Shown here: positions 1-7,704 of the stretch, one piece after another | How the letters are laid out: the number at the start of each line of letters is the position of its first letter | How positions within the stretch are numbered: the stretch's first letter is position 1 | DNA from: a virus | DNA: 64,000 nucleotides | IMG/VR virus record: IMGVR_UViG_3300009183_000059 | Span: 1 to 64,000 of that record | Reading direction: 5' to 3' (one strand) | Notes under the pieces: model-generated | The model's input: the letters and a program-made list of their open reading frames with translations, nothing else | Database searches by the model: none | Told to the model about the DNA's origin: nothing | Translations under genes and position numbers: made by a program

Positions 1-123
1 AATATCACCCATACCAAATGTTTCTTGTGCTAATGTAAATGGCTTATTCAATCTATCTTTAATCATATCTACCTCAGACTTAGGTCCTTGTATAGTTAAT
101 GTGTTATATACCCAGTTTGGCAT
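1..123 (-). CDS. Partial ORF (runs off window), MPNW-type N-terminus, DUF1281/YubB-like phage protein
   Basis: Hand translation MPNWVYNTLTIQGPKSEVDMIKDRLNKPF...; GAAAGG RBS; TTGACT-N18-TAAGAT promoter at 159-188. Confidence 0.6.
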   Translation of the reverse strand, partial: MPNWVYNTLTIQGPKSEVDMIKDRLNKPFTLAQETFGMGDI

Positions 124-295
124 ATTGTTCCTTTCGGGTTGGAAATTGTTTATATCCAATCTTAGCATTGCCGTAATGGGGAAGTCAAGTCCAAATTCCC
201 ACGATTTCTGGGATATCTGCGTAATGCCCGTAATGTGATCAAAATCATACCGCAGCGGCGAATTTTTATGCAATGCGTTGCATATTTATTTATTG

Positions 296-369
296 CGATC
301 TGTAACGGACTTGAACCGTCGACCTCTACCGTGACAGGGTAGCGCTCTAACCAACTGAGCTAACAGACC
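296..369 (-). tRNA. trnD: tRNA-Asp(GTC), CCA not encoded
   Basis: Reverse complement GGTCTGTTAGCTCAGTTGGTTAGAGCGCTACCCTGTCACGGTAGAGGTCGACGGTTCAAGTCCGTTACAGATCG folds as a cloverleaf with GTC anticodon, TTCAA T-loop and G73 discriminator. Confidence 0.95.
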
Positions 370-375
370 AAATGG

Positions 376-403
376 TGAGCAGTTTTTATTCTTGCTCAGG
401 AAT
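376..403 (-). ncRNA. Repeated H-type pseudoknot motif, copy 1 (ATTC-CTGAGCA-A-GAAT-AAAAAC-TGCTCA)
   Basis: One of five copies with compensatory P1 changes; lies between the DUF932 stop codon and the tRNA 5' end. Confidence 0.6.
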
Positions 404-409
404 TTTTAT

Positions 410-1423
410 TTATGCGATTGCTAAAACTGTTTTCACAATTTTTGCTAAGCGATTTTTTTCTGCGTTGATTTGTGCGTCAAATCCACTTGCAGCAGCGAGC
501 AGACTTTCTGTCTTTCCACCACGAGCAGTGCGAGCCCAATCAAGGCGTTCGGTGAGTGCATTTAGTGCGCCCCAACCAGTGCCAGCAATCATTCCGTTGA
601 ATTCACCAGTGTATAAATCGTTGATTGTATCCACTTTTGTTTCCCACTTTTTGATTGCGCCTTTTGTATCCTTCTCAGGCTTTGGATAAGCCGCAAGAAT
701 GATGTCGTTGAATTGCTTAGCATTGACTGACTTCTCATAGAGAGCGTTAGCCAACTTTGAGAATTCGTCCATATAGAAATCTGCCATTCCTAGTGCTTGA
801 CGAGCAATAGCAATCTTTCCTTCTGCAGTTTGTGTGTGGCGAATTTTGAATGATTGCTTTACGCCACCCTTTTTCTTAGCACCCAATGCAAGATTGAGAG
901 TGTTAGCGCACACAACACGAACAGGTGTAATGCTTGCTTGAATAGCAATAGAGCCATCGTGTGATGTGTTGATGAGCAAATAAGTTTTTACAACATCATT
1001 GACACCAGTAGGGTCTAGAACAACTTCACGCTCTAGAGCAAGAGAGCCGAATACAACACGACCACCCTTGATTGAACCAGCAGTTTCCCAGCGACCACCG
1101 CCGTCTAGAATGTTATCGCCAAATGCAAATAAATCTTCATTTTGCAATGGAACATAACGCTGACCAACTACACCAAGAATATCGGTTTGTGTGTTGTCGG
1201 TAGGATTAGTGCGTAGGACATACTGATAATCCTTATCAGATGTTAGGTGATTTGGAACTTCCAAATCTTCTAAGCGGACATTCCATCCATTTAGATTTGC
1301 AAGAGATAGCATTTCAGATGTATTTACTTCATTAGTAAATACGGTTCCTAAACCGTGCCAAGCAGGTTCACGGAATGAGGCAAAAGATGTTTTGCCGTTT
1401 TGACTTTCGAGGTCGTGCGCCAT
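410..1423 (-). CDS. DUF932 / TIGR03299-like phage-plasmid protein
   Basis: Motifs REPAWHGLG, WETAGSIKGGRVVF, YLLINTSHDGS, TPVRVVCANTL, IRHT, GTGWGALNALTE. Confidence 0.9.
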   Translation of the reverse strand: MAHDLESQNGKTSFASFREPAWHGLGTVFTNEVNTSEMLSLANLNGWNVRLEDLEVPNHLTSDKDYQYVLRTNPTDNTQTDILGVVGQRYVPLQNEDLFAFGDNILDGGGRWETAGSIKGGRVVFGSLALEREVVLDPTGVNDVVKTYLLINTSHDGSIAIQASITPVRVVCANTLNLALGAKKKGGVKQSFKIRHTQTAEGKIAIARQALGMADFYMDEFSKLANALYEKSVNAKQFNDIILAAYPKPEKDTKGAIKKWETKVDTINDLYTGEFNGMIAGTGWGALNALTERLDWARTARGGKTESLLAAASGFDAQINAEKNRLAKIVKTVLAIA

Positions 1424-1452
1424 ATTTTCCTTCTTTCTTTGTTGTTATTTCA

Positions 1453-1482
1453 AGTATAACAGGATGAACTGACAGATGTCAA
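1453..1482 (-). promoter_or_regulatory. Early promoter with TTGACA -35, TGTCAG (-26 type) element and extended -10 TGtTATACT
   Basis: Minus strand TTGACATCTGTCAGTTCATCCTGTTATACT upstream of the DUF932 gene. Confidence 0.75.
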
Positions 1483-1512
1483 TTCGTATAGGTAAAAATG
1501 TCCAATTTTCGG

Positions 1513-1558
1513 TGTGATCAAATTCACACCCGTAAGCCTGTGGATAAGCTGTGGATAA
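1513..1558. promoter_or_regulatory. CRP-type box (TGTGA-N6-TCACA, 1513-1528) and two DnaA boxes (TGTGGATAA, 1539-1547 and 1550-1558)
   Basis: Exact consensus matches in an intergenic region. Confidence 0.65.
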
Positions 1559-1590
1559 CCCGCCTCGCATTTCTGCGGGATTGTCAAGTC

Positions 1591-1776
1591 CTATTTCATT
1601 TTAGTAATTGACTCCCAAAAAGTGGGAGGGTCTTCATTTGCTTGCGCCTTAACATCATTGTAAGTTTTATCATTTAGTAATGCGGTGATAATAAAAAACG
1701 GCGCAATAAAGAAGAACATAAGTAGTAGCACAAAACCAATGCCAATTACATAGCCAAGAAAGTCATAGAACCGCAT
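1591..1776 (-). CDS. Small membrane protein
   Basis: 61 aa ORF with long hydrophobic N-terminal segment, co-oriented with neighbours. Confidence 0.65.
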   Translation of the reverse strand: MRFYDFLGYVIGIGFVLLLMFFFIAPFFIITALLNDKTYNDVKAQANEDPPTFWESITKMK

Positions 1777-1787
1777 AATCTATTGTC

Positions 1788-2258
1788 TCACGCTTCTACT
1801 AGATTTGGCAAATCGTATCTATTTTCAGTTATCTTTGTTTGGTCAATGTCAGACATTTTAGATTGCCATAATGATAAATTGGATTCAAGACGGTCACCAA
1901 AAACTCTTACAAAATCTGCAAGGTCTACGGTCTCACCAGTCAAACAAGATTTAAGTACATCGATACCAAGGTACACTCGACTATCCCCGCTCCACCCAAT
2001 TGAAACAGGTACCAGGCACGTACGGTACTCATCTTGAATCCAACCTACCCCCTCTCCACAAATAACAGCGTGTTTAGCACATCCATATGCATCAGGGTCA
2101 TTAATCATAACTAGTACTAGATCTTCTACAGAATGATTCTTCATATATTCAACGGGGTCCATATCATAAGTGGCAACCTGGATATCCCGTGCACGTTCCA
2201 ATAGCTTAGCTTGATCAAGCTTATAGCCAATAAATCCTCGTGTGCGTTCTCTTGACAT
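1788..2258 (-). CDS. Hypothetical phage protein
   Basis: 156 aa ORF, AGGAGA RBS, operon context. Confidence 0.7.
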   Translation of the reverse strand: MSRERTRGFIGYKLDQAKLLERARDIQVATYDMDPVEYMKNHSVEDLVLVMINDPDAYGCAKHAVICGEGVGWIQDEYRTCLVPVSIGWSGDSRVYLGIDVLKSCLTGETVDLADFVRVFGDRLESNLSLWQSKMSDIDQTKITENRYDLPNLVEA

Positions 2259-2267
2259 ATATATCTC

Positions 2268-3017
2268 CTATTTCTTAGTAGCGCTAAATCGAATGTCGGC
2301 CTTACCATAAACGCATAGGCCACAAGATACGCAGGCGGACCCATTGCTTGAGATTAATGGAATTGCTTTTAAATTCTCAGGACATTTAGCCCCGACTTTA
2401 CCAGTCAACTCTTTCATCTTATCAGCGGTTACGGCAAAAGTTTTTCCAAGGTATGCAAGGCGGACCTCATAATCCTTTTTTAACTCTTCTCCAATTGTAG
2501 CATTTTCATCATCGGTTGAAAAGTATAGGGAAAGATTAGTAATCTTATTTAGAATTAGAGCGGCAGGCTTCACACGTGTGTATACCCAAAATTGAATGTC
2601 GGGATGATTAGTGATAACAGTCTTCCAGGCATAAGTGTAAGTATCATTAAAAAAGTCCCCGTCCCAGTGAATGCGGAATAACTTAGGGGCAGATTTCTTA
2701 TCACAATCAGCAATAAATTCTACAATCATCTCATCTAATAGTCTAACCATAGTTTCGCTATCGGCGTCTTTTAGTAGGGCCCAGTTATGAAGAAGATTAG
2801 TCTTTACTCCCTTGAATAATTTTTCAAGTTTCCCAGCGTAGCAAACAGTCTCACAGATAGACGTTGCACCAGGACAAGAAAAATCTTTTCCTGCAGGTAG
2901 CCCGAACGTGTTCGCAATTGCGGCTTGCTTTCCATTTTTTGTGACAAGGTTAGCCACCTTTCTGTCATTAGAACGTTTTAGTTTCATAGGAATAATTGTA
3001 TCGGAGGCCACTGACAT
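2268..3017 (-). CDS. Gp88-like (radical-SAM-related, Cys-rich) phage protein; alternative start at 2987
   Basis: CPGATSICETVCYA, FRIHWDGDFF, FWVYTR, NLSLYFSTD and C-terminal CPE...CVSCGLC motifs typical of Gp88-like proteins. Confidence 0.7.
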   Translation of the reverse strand: MSVASDTIIPMKLKRSNDRKVANLVTKNGKQAAIANTFGLPAGKDFSCPGATSICETVCYAGKLEKLFKGVKTNLLHNWALLKDADSETMVRLLDEMIVEFIADCDKKSAPKLFRIHWDGDFFNDTYTYAWKTVITNHPDIQFWVYTRVKPAALILNKITNLSLYFSTDDENATIGEELKKDYEVRLAYLGKTFAVTADKMKELTGKVGAKCPENLKAIPLISSNGSACVSCGLCVYGKADIRFSATKK

Positions 3018-3160
3018 TATAGGTCTCCCATTTCAGCGTCGGCCATACGTGTTTCCATATAGTCATCACGATACCAAATTGGATCGGATGAAGAATAGCC
3101 TTTCATACAGATAGTGCAGATAGAGTAGTTCGTGCAGTAACAAGAATTAATATCGTTCAT
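3017..3160 (-). CDS. Unannotated 47-aa Cys-rich microprotein
   Basis: Hand translation MNDINSCYCTNYSICTICMKGYSSSDPIWYRDDYMETRMADAEMGDL; GAAAGG RBS; TAATG overlap with next gene. Confidence 0.7.
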   Translation of the reverse strand: MNDINSCYCTNYSICTICMKGYSSSDPIWYRDDYMETRMADAEMGDL

Positions 3161-3304
3161 TAATTCGCCTTTCGTTCGGGTGTATAACAATACTAGCAGA
3201 TATTTCAGTGGATATCAATTTCTACTCGTAAGTAGCGTGTGATGTTGATCACATGCCGCCTCGCATTTTCAGCGATTTTGTCAAGCAGCTCGTATGTGGT
3301 GTGT

Positions 3305-3465
3305 TGAGCAGTTTTGGCACTTGCTCAGGTGGTCTGCGTCTTTAGGTCGGCAGTAACCTTGCTCTATAGTATTTCTGTGATCGCCCTAATCAGCCTGGCG
3401 AAAGCAGTTTTAACACTTGCTCAGGTGCTTCGCAATTTATCGTTATGCGAGAACGATTGCGCTTT
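3305..3465 (-). ncRNA. Tandem array of H-type pseudoknots, including copies 2 and 3 of the CTGAGCA motif
   Basis: ATCGTT/AACGAT with TCGCA/TGCGA; GCAC/GTGT with AGCA/TGCT; AGGT/ACCT with CTGC/GCAG; CAC/GTG with TGAGCA/TGCTCA; no credible ORF. Confidence 0.55.
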
Positions 3466-3467
3466 AG

Positions 3468-3650
3468 TTATGCGCCAATTTTTACCATTGCCCACCGCAT
3501 ACCATTTTCGGTTTGCAGAGATAACTTAGTTAGGTTTGGTCGGACAGAAACTATTTCACGAATAGAACCTGTAACGCCTGACTTACCAGTTGTGAAAGTA
3601 TCTCCTAAGCGGTAGAACTTTCCTTTTGTAACATCTAGAATTGGTGACAT
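3468..3650 (-). CDS. Small beta-rich protein, paralogue of 4290-4436
   Basis: Shared GxTFTTxKSGVxGxIxExV...RW motif. Confidence 0.75.
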   Translation of the reverse strand: MSPILDVTKGKFYRLGDTFTTGKSGVTGSIREIVSVRPNLTKLSLQTENGMRWAMVKIGA

Positions 3651-3680
3651 TTTATTTCCTTCTTTCGGGTAGTTGTTGTG

Positions 3681-3770
3681 TTGAGCCTTTTCACAACTTG
3701 CTCAGGTTGTAAGAGTTCTTACTTACGACATTGGACTAGAAACTCTTAGAAACTGTCCCTGTTTCGATTA
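3681..3770 (-). ncRNA. Structured intergenic element plus pseudoknot copy 4
   Basis: GAAAC/GTTTC stem, GGAC/GTCC pseudoknot, TAAGAGTT/AACTCTTA stem, then ACAAC-CTGAGCA-A-GTTGT-GAAAAG-GCTCA. Confidence 0.5.
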
Positions 3771-3775
3771 TCTAA

Positions 3776-4198
3776 TTACAGATAACGAGCAATAGCATTG
3801 TAAGTGCTTGTGCTAACCAATTCCTCATCTGTCATTTTCAGAATACGGATTGCGTTTGACATTTCCTCTTTCATCTCACGATACTGATGAGAGTGAATAA
3901 CCTCGAAATCCTTTTCAGGTTCAGCAGGGAAGTTGCCTTCCTTTGTGATGATGTCGAAATCAACATTGAGGGTGTTGTTCCATTGACGATAGTTTGTGCG
4001 TAGGTTTTCAGCCTTTGAGAAGTTCTCAATAGCCCACTTAGCAATTTCCTTTTTCCAAGCCTCTTGCTTCTTACCGAACTTTGCTTCCTTTTCGGTTTGT
4101 GTAGCATAGTCTTGCTCTAGTTCTGCTAACTTTGCCTCTAGTGCCTTGATAACTCTAGCAGTAGGGATTTTTACATTTATAGATTTGCCTCTTGACAT
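3776..4198 (-). CDS. Hypothetical helical phage protein
   Basis: 140 aa ORF, AAAGGA RBS, own TGTCAG-N10-TAGAAT promoter at 4243-4264. Confidence 0.8.
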   Translation of the reverse strand: MSRGKSINVKIPTARVIKALEAKLAELEQDYATQTEKEAKFGKKQEAWKKEIAKWAIENFSKAENLRTNYRQWNNTLNVDFDIITKEGNFPAEPEKDFEVIHSHQYREMKEEMSNAIRILKMTDEELVSTSTYNAIARYL

Positions 4199-4289
4199 TT
4201 GTTTCCTTTGTTAGTTGGGTGGTTTGGGTTTCTTACTATCTAATTCTAGCAGGGGCTACTGACATTTTGCCAATAGCCCCCGATTAGGA

Positions 4290-4436
4290 TTACTTCGCTG
4301 TTGTCCAGCGAGTTTGACCTGCGACATCAAGTTTGATACGATAAGAGCCATTATCGTTCTTGACTACTTCTGTGATTGTTCCTTCTACGCCAGACTTTGC
4401 TGTCGTAAAAGTTTCACCGATTTTTGGTGTTGTCAT
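4290..4436 (-). CDS. Small beta-rich protein (start revised to MTTPKIG), paralogue of 3468-3650
   Basis: GAAAGG RBS precedes ATG at 4436; the longer ORF call runs through the promoter at 4468-4489. Confidence 0.75.
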   Translation of the reverse strand: MTTPKIGETFTTAKSGVEGTITEVVKNDNGSYRIKLDVAGQTRWTTAK

Positions 4437-4628
4437 TTTTGCTTCCTTTCCGTTTGTTGTTATTACAAGTCTAGCAAATCCTACTGACATTATCAAATCG
4501 TAAATCGGTCAAATCGGACATTTTTTCCACAAATTCTGTGATAAATGTCATAATGTCGTAACTTGACAAAGCCCTGGAAATGCGCCCCGCATTTTTATGC
4601 AGTCAGCTGAATATTTATTCAGAAATAT

Positions 4629-4748
4629 TTATTCAGAATATTTATTTTTATATTTTTGTTTTCGTGAATAAACTTTTTTTGATTGCACATAAGTTGCAGC
4701 GTTTGATCTCCGCAATTCTTGAATGCGTGTAACTTTTTCTTTTATCAT
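4629..4748 (-). CDS. Unannotated 39-aa basic microprotein
   Basis: Hand translation MIKEKVTRIQELRRSNAATYVQSKKVYSRKQKYKNKYSE; follows 4754-5026 in operon. Confidence 0.6.
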   Translation of the reverse strand: MIKEKVTRIQELRRSNAATYVQSKKVYSRKQKYKNKYSE

Positions 4749-4753
4749 TTTTC

Positions 4754-5026
4754 CTAATCCCATTCTGGTAGCCAAGCGTCTAAGTGGTGTTGTTCTGCAA
4801 TTGCGTGTGCGGGTGCAGTTGTTTTATTTTTATACAATACGCCTTCAGGCAATTCAATTTCAGTATTGCCATCGCCTGCGTGAATTGCATCTATTGCGTC
4901 AATGCAAGGTTGCACCATAGTAAGTGGAACGGGCGGGTAGTGATTACCCTGTAAGTGATAACCAATAGCCTGTTCAAGTGATAGGTCAAAGTTAGTTGCT
5001 AAGTCAATTGCTGTATTGTTTCCCAT
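4754..5026 (-). CDS. Hypothetical phage protein (HLQGNHYPPVP motif)
   Basis: 90 aa ORF, coupled to upstream ORF. Confidence 0.75.
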   Translation of the reverse strand: MGNNTAIDLATNFDLSLEQAIGYHLQGNHYPPVPLTMVQPCIDAIDAIHAGDGNTEIELPEGVLYKNKTTAPAHAIAEQHHLDAWLPEWD

Positions 5027-5238
5027 TATGCATTTTCCATTTCTTTTAGTAGTTTAGAGTTTCCCATACTATCAGACTTGACTGACAATTCACAATCACG
5101 GCACTGGTATTCATAGCGAATAGTGCCTTTTCTATACATACCGCCAAGAGTAGCAATACACATATGAGTCATTTTTTCTGAGCATACTGGGCAAGGGAAT
5201 GAAATCTGATCCCCTAGCCCACCAATAGTAATTGTCAT
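5026..5238 (-). CDS. Zinc-ribbon protein
   Basis: CPVC...CRDC; overlapping start/stop with neighbours. Confidence 0.7.
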   Translation of the reverse strand: MTITIGGLGDQISFPCPVCSEKMTHMCIATLGGMYRKGTIRYEYQCRDCELSVKSDSMGNSKLLKEMENA

Positions 5239-5450
5239 CTAGTTACCACCATTCCACTACGATAGAAAACTTTTGTATAGCATTTGCCAGTTGGCGTGTA
5301 TAGATTTACAGTTGAATACTCGTTAGCCATTCCCCAGTCTGTAAAACTGAAGAAAGATTTCCAAGCGTCAAATTCGCTTTCATAGCGTTGCTTCCAATGA
5401 GGGCTTTCCTCATAGTCATACTGACAAGATACTAGATACTCATAGTCCAT
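5235..5450 (-). CDS. Hypothetical protein (start revised to MDYEYLV)
   Basis: GAAGGAG RBS before ATG at 5450; the longer call overlaps another ORF. Confidence 0.7.
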   Translation of the reverse strand: MDYEYLVSCQYDYEESPHWKQRYESEFDAWKSFFSFTDWGMANEYSTVNLYTPTGKCYTKVFYRSGMVVTR

Positions 5451-5452
5451 AG

Positions 5453-5593
5453 TTATGCTCCTTCGGGTGTTGTAAATAATTTTACCTCTTGGCACTGACA
5501 AGTTTCGACATCGTAGTCTAACTCGTTGCCCCAGAAAATAAGTCCTTCTCCGTGGCATTCATCGCAAGCAAATCGCATTACTGAGTTTATCAT
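5453..5593 (-). CDS. Unannotated 46-aa Zn-finger-like microprotein
   Basis: MINSVMRFACDECHGEGLIFWGNELDYDVETCQCQEVKLFTTPEGA; TAATG coupling. Confidence 0.7.
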   Translation of the reverse strand: MINSVMRFACDECHGEGLIFWGNELDYDVETCQCQEVKLFTTPEGA

Positions 5594-5715
5594 TAGATAG
5601 CACCTTCCTGAAATAATCCAATTTCAATGTCTAGTAATTCTGCGGGTGTCGCATTATCCAAGTTTATCCAACCCGCACCCTCGTTGTCAATTCTAAAAAT
5701 TTCAATGTATCCCAT
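5593..5715 (-). CDS. Unannotated 40-aa acidic microprotein
   Basis: MGYIEIFRIDNEGAGWINLDNATPAELLDIEIGLFQEGAI; GGAGG RBS. Confidence 0.7.
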   Translation of the reverse strand: MGYIEIFRIDNEGAGWINLDNATPAELLDIEIGLFQEGAI

Positions 5716-5718
5716 TAT

Positions 5719-5934
5719 TTATTCCTCCGTCTTTACTGCTACAGTTCGGTAAGTTCTGCGACCAAAATTATTGTATCCGCTATTAGGTGCAACCTCTACA
5801 AGATAAGTTTCGCAACCTTCATACCAAATACCTTTAGGGTGTTTTTCGGCAGATACGATTTCACCTTGCAAGGTGCGTGAGTAGTAGTTTTTTCCTACAA
5901 GTAGGTTTTCGATTGTGTATACATTTGCTGACAT
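5719..5934 (-). CDS. Hypothetical protein
   Basis: 71 aa ORF, GAGG RBS, tandem TGTCAG promoters at 5964-5985 and 6040-6061. Confidence 0.75.
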   Translation of the reverse strand: MSANVYTIENLLVGKNYYSRTLQGEIVSAEKHPKGIWYEGCETYLVEVAPNSGYNNFGRRTYRTVAVKTEE

Positions 5935-6168
5935 TTGCCAACCTCTTTCTTTTTGTTGTTACAAGTCTATCATTTGCTACTGACATTTTCGGGAAGCCAC
6001 GCCGTAAATGATAAACTATTTTGTTTTTCTTACTCTGTAAGTCTATCAGAACCGACTGACATTTTTCTACCTACTAGCCAGTAAGTTCATAATGTGAGAC
6101 GCTCAAGCCGTGTGATAAATCTCACAAAAATTTCCAGGTTATCCACAGACACTCCGTAAGTTATCCCC

Positions 6169-6216
6169 AGACACGCCCGAGTGCGGGGCGCTGTCGGGCG
6201 TGTTGCATTTAGTTGA
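6169..6216. repeat. 48-bp exact direct repeat, copy 1 (contains 10-bp inverted repeat ACACGCCCGA/TCGGGCGTGT)
   Basis: AGACACGCCCGAGTGCGGGGCGCTGTCGGGCGTGTTGCATTTAGTTGA, identical to 7303-7350. Confidence 0.9.
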
Positions 6217-6221
6217 AAGCT

Positions 6222-6248
6222 TGAGCAGTTTTAGATCGTGCTCAGGAT
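6222..6248 (-). ncRNA. Pseudoknot motif copy 5 (ATC-CTGAGCA-C-GAT-CTAAAAC-TGCTCA)
   Basis: Directly after the stop codon of 6256-6471; compensatory P1. Confidence 0.55.
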
Positions 6249-6255
6249 TTTTATT

Positions 6256-6471
6256 TTATTTTAGCAGAGCGTGTAATTCTGGCAGTTGGCAAATTTCTTT
6301 TACACCGCAAGCATTTTGAAATTTTGCAAAATCAAAATTAGGATTATCAGCAGAAAACATTTCGCCGAATTCAAAAACCAAATCTTCAAAAGTAAATTGG
6401 TCAATCAAATCAGAAAAAGATTCTAGAACGCTTGAAACTTCAATAAAAGTTTTACGAGTATAACGAGACAT
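6256..6471 (-). CDS. Small phage protein, TRK...DNxxF...KF..AC family; paralogue of 8607-8765
   Basis: Motif shared with the hand-translated ORF at 8607-8765. Confidence 0.75.
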   Translation of the reverse strand: MSRYTRKTFIEVSSVLESFSDLIDQFTFEDLVFEFGEMFSADNPNFDFAKFQNACGVKEICQLPELHALLK

Positions 6472-6683
6472 TAATTTTTACCCCATTTCAAAGTGGCATA
6501 AGAATTATTTTTATTTATTTCTTCCATTGCATTTAGAGAGTCAATAGAACCAATAAAACTTCCAGCAAAAAGTTTTTGAATAAAACTTTCAGGCATTGTT
6601 GCAAGAGCGGAAATTACATAGTCGGGAGCCTTGTGCTCGTCAATCTCTGCAATTAGATTTACAGTGTGTGAAATTGTTATCAT
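6471..6683 (-). CDS. Hypothetical protein (start revised to MITISHT)
   Basis: TAATG coupling with 6683-6868. Confidence 0.7.
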   Translation of the reverse strand: MITISHTVNLIAEIDEHKAPDYVISALATMPESFIQKLFAGSFIGSIDSLNAMEEINKNNSYATLKWGKN

Positions 6684-6868
6684 TACTTTACCGCCTTTCC
6701 TTTTAGAACACCACGAACACCGAGCAAGTCGCAATCGAACTTGACGGAAATACCAACAGGGAGTTGTGTTGGATAAGTGTTGATGAATTGGGCAACCGCA
6801 CCTTTAGAAGGAAGGTTGATTTTTGATACTGAACCTGAGAAGGTTTCTAGTCTGATAGTGTAAGTCAT
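6683..6868 (-). CDS. Hypothetical protein
   Basis: 61 aa, AAAGGTGG RBS, promoter at 6905-6926. Confidence 0.75.
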   Translation of the reverse strand: MTYTIRLETFSGSVSKINLPSKGAVAQFINTYPTQLPVGISVKFDCDLLGVRGVLKGKAVK

Positions 6869-6965
6869 TTCTGACCACCTTTCTGTTGTTTGTTTATAGG
6901 AATAAGTCTAGCATAGGGGGCTGACATTTTGAGGCATTTAGCCCCAAAAGTCGGTGTGAGATACC

Positions 6966-7121
6966 TCACAGGCAGTTGATACAATTACAACCTTTAGAGG
7001 AGAATAAATACTTTAGCAATTCCTTGCGAGTATAAGCATCCAAGCCATAAGAGGATTTTACTCCGCCATTATGGTATTCGTGAACGATAGTAGAGAATAG
7101 AGTTTCATTTAGTGTAGTCAT
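6966..7121 (-). CDS. Unannotated 51-aa microprotein, paralogue of 7941-8096
   Basis: MTTLNETLFSTIVHEYHNGGVKSSYGLDAYTRKELLKYLFSSKGCNCINCL; AAAGGTGG RBS. Confidence 0.75.
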   Translation of the reverse strand: MTTLNETLFSTIVHEYHNGGVKSSYGLDAYTRKELLKYLFSSKGCNCINCL

Positions 7122-7302
7122 TTGAGACCACCTTTCTTTTTAGAGATTTACTTCTTTTTCAATCTTTATACTAGTAAGTATAGCAGGGGGGTCTGACATT
7201 TACTGACCAGTAATCGGTCAAATCGGACATTTTGAAATGTGAGTAATCTCACATTATCTTTTTACGCTCAAAATTCCAGTGTGTTCATAATCACACCTGT
7301 AA

Positions 7303-7350
7303 AGACACGCCCGAGTGCGGGGCGCTGTCGGGCGTGTTGCATTTAGTTGA
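7303..7350. repeat. 48-bp exact direct repeat, copy 2
   Basis: Identical to 6169-6216. Confidence 0.9.
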
Positions 7351-7389
7351 TCGTTGTCAAGTGCAACACGAAATTATTTTATTTTATTT

Positions 7390-7482
7390 TTAGTAACACT
7401 CGCTACACATTGCATAATAATATTCACCATCATCAGTTACAAACTGAGTAGTGTCTTGATTACAAGATGAACATTTATTCAT
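7390..7482 (-). CDS. Unannotated 30-aa CxxC...CxxC microprotein
   Basis: MNKCSSCNQDTTQFVTDDGEYYYAMCSECY; GAAAGG RBS. Confidence 0.65.
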   Translation of the reverse strand: MNKCSSCNQDTTQFVTDDGEYYYAMCSECY

Positions 7483-7603
7483 TAGTATTCCTTTCATCAG
7501 TTACACATTTACATTGTGTTACAAGTATTGTATCAGTTTCCACTGACACAATAGCAAGAGTATTGCAATTATCGCAAATCCACATTCCAGCAATCTGATT
7601 CAT
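7475..7603 (-). CDS. Unannotated 42-aa CxxC...CxC microprotein
   Basis: MNQIAGMWICDNCNTLAIVSVETDTILVTQCKCVTDERNTNE; GAAAGG RBS. Confidence 0.65.
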   Translation of the reverse strand: MNQIAGMWICDNCNTLAIVSVETDTILVTQCKCVTDERNTNE

Positions 7604-7605
7604 TA

Positions 7606-7704
7606 TTACCAACACCTTTCGCATAAAGCAGTTATAAATTCTGAATCTTCAATTGACATTTCCATTACGAATTCATCGCAACCTTTACAATTTATAGTTA
7701 TCAT
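7606..7704 (-). CDS. Unannotated 32-aa CxxC...CxxC microprotein
   Basis: MITINCKGCDEFVMEMSIEDSEFITALCERCW; GGAG RBS. Confidence 0.65.
   Translation of the reverse strand: MITINCKGCDEFVMEMSIEDSEFITALCERCW

Noticed and set aside
376-403. tRNA-adjacent element as a theta/HDV-like or hammerhead ribozyme
   Set aside because: It is 5' rather than 3' of the tRNA, too short for the HDV double pseudoknot, and lacks CUGANGA/GAAA cores.
1539-1558. DnaA box pair as a bacterial oriC, implying a chromosomal origin for the window
   Set aside because: All gene content is phage-like; boxes are few and dispersed, with no dnaA/dnaN context.
6169-7350. 48-bp repeats as IS ends, att sites or integron attC sites
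   Set aside because: Direct orientation, no transposase or integrase in the window, and no attC core (RYYYAAC/GTTRRRY) structure.
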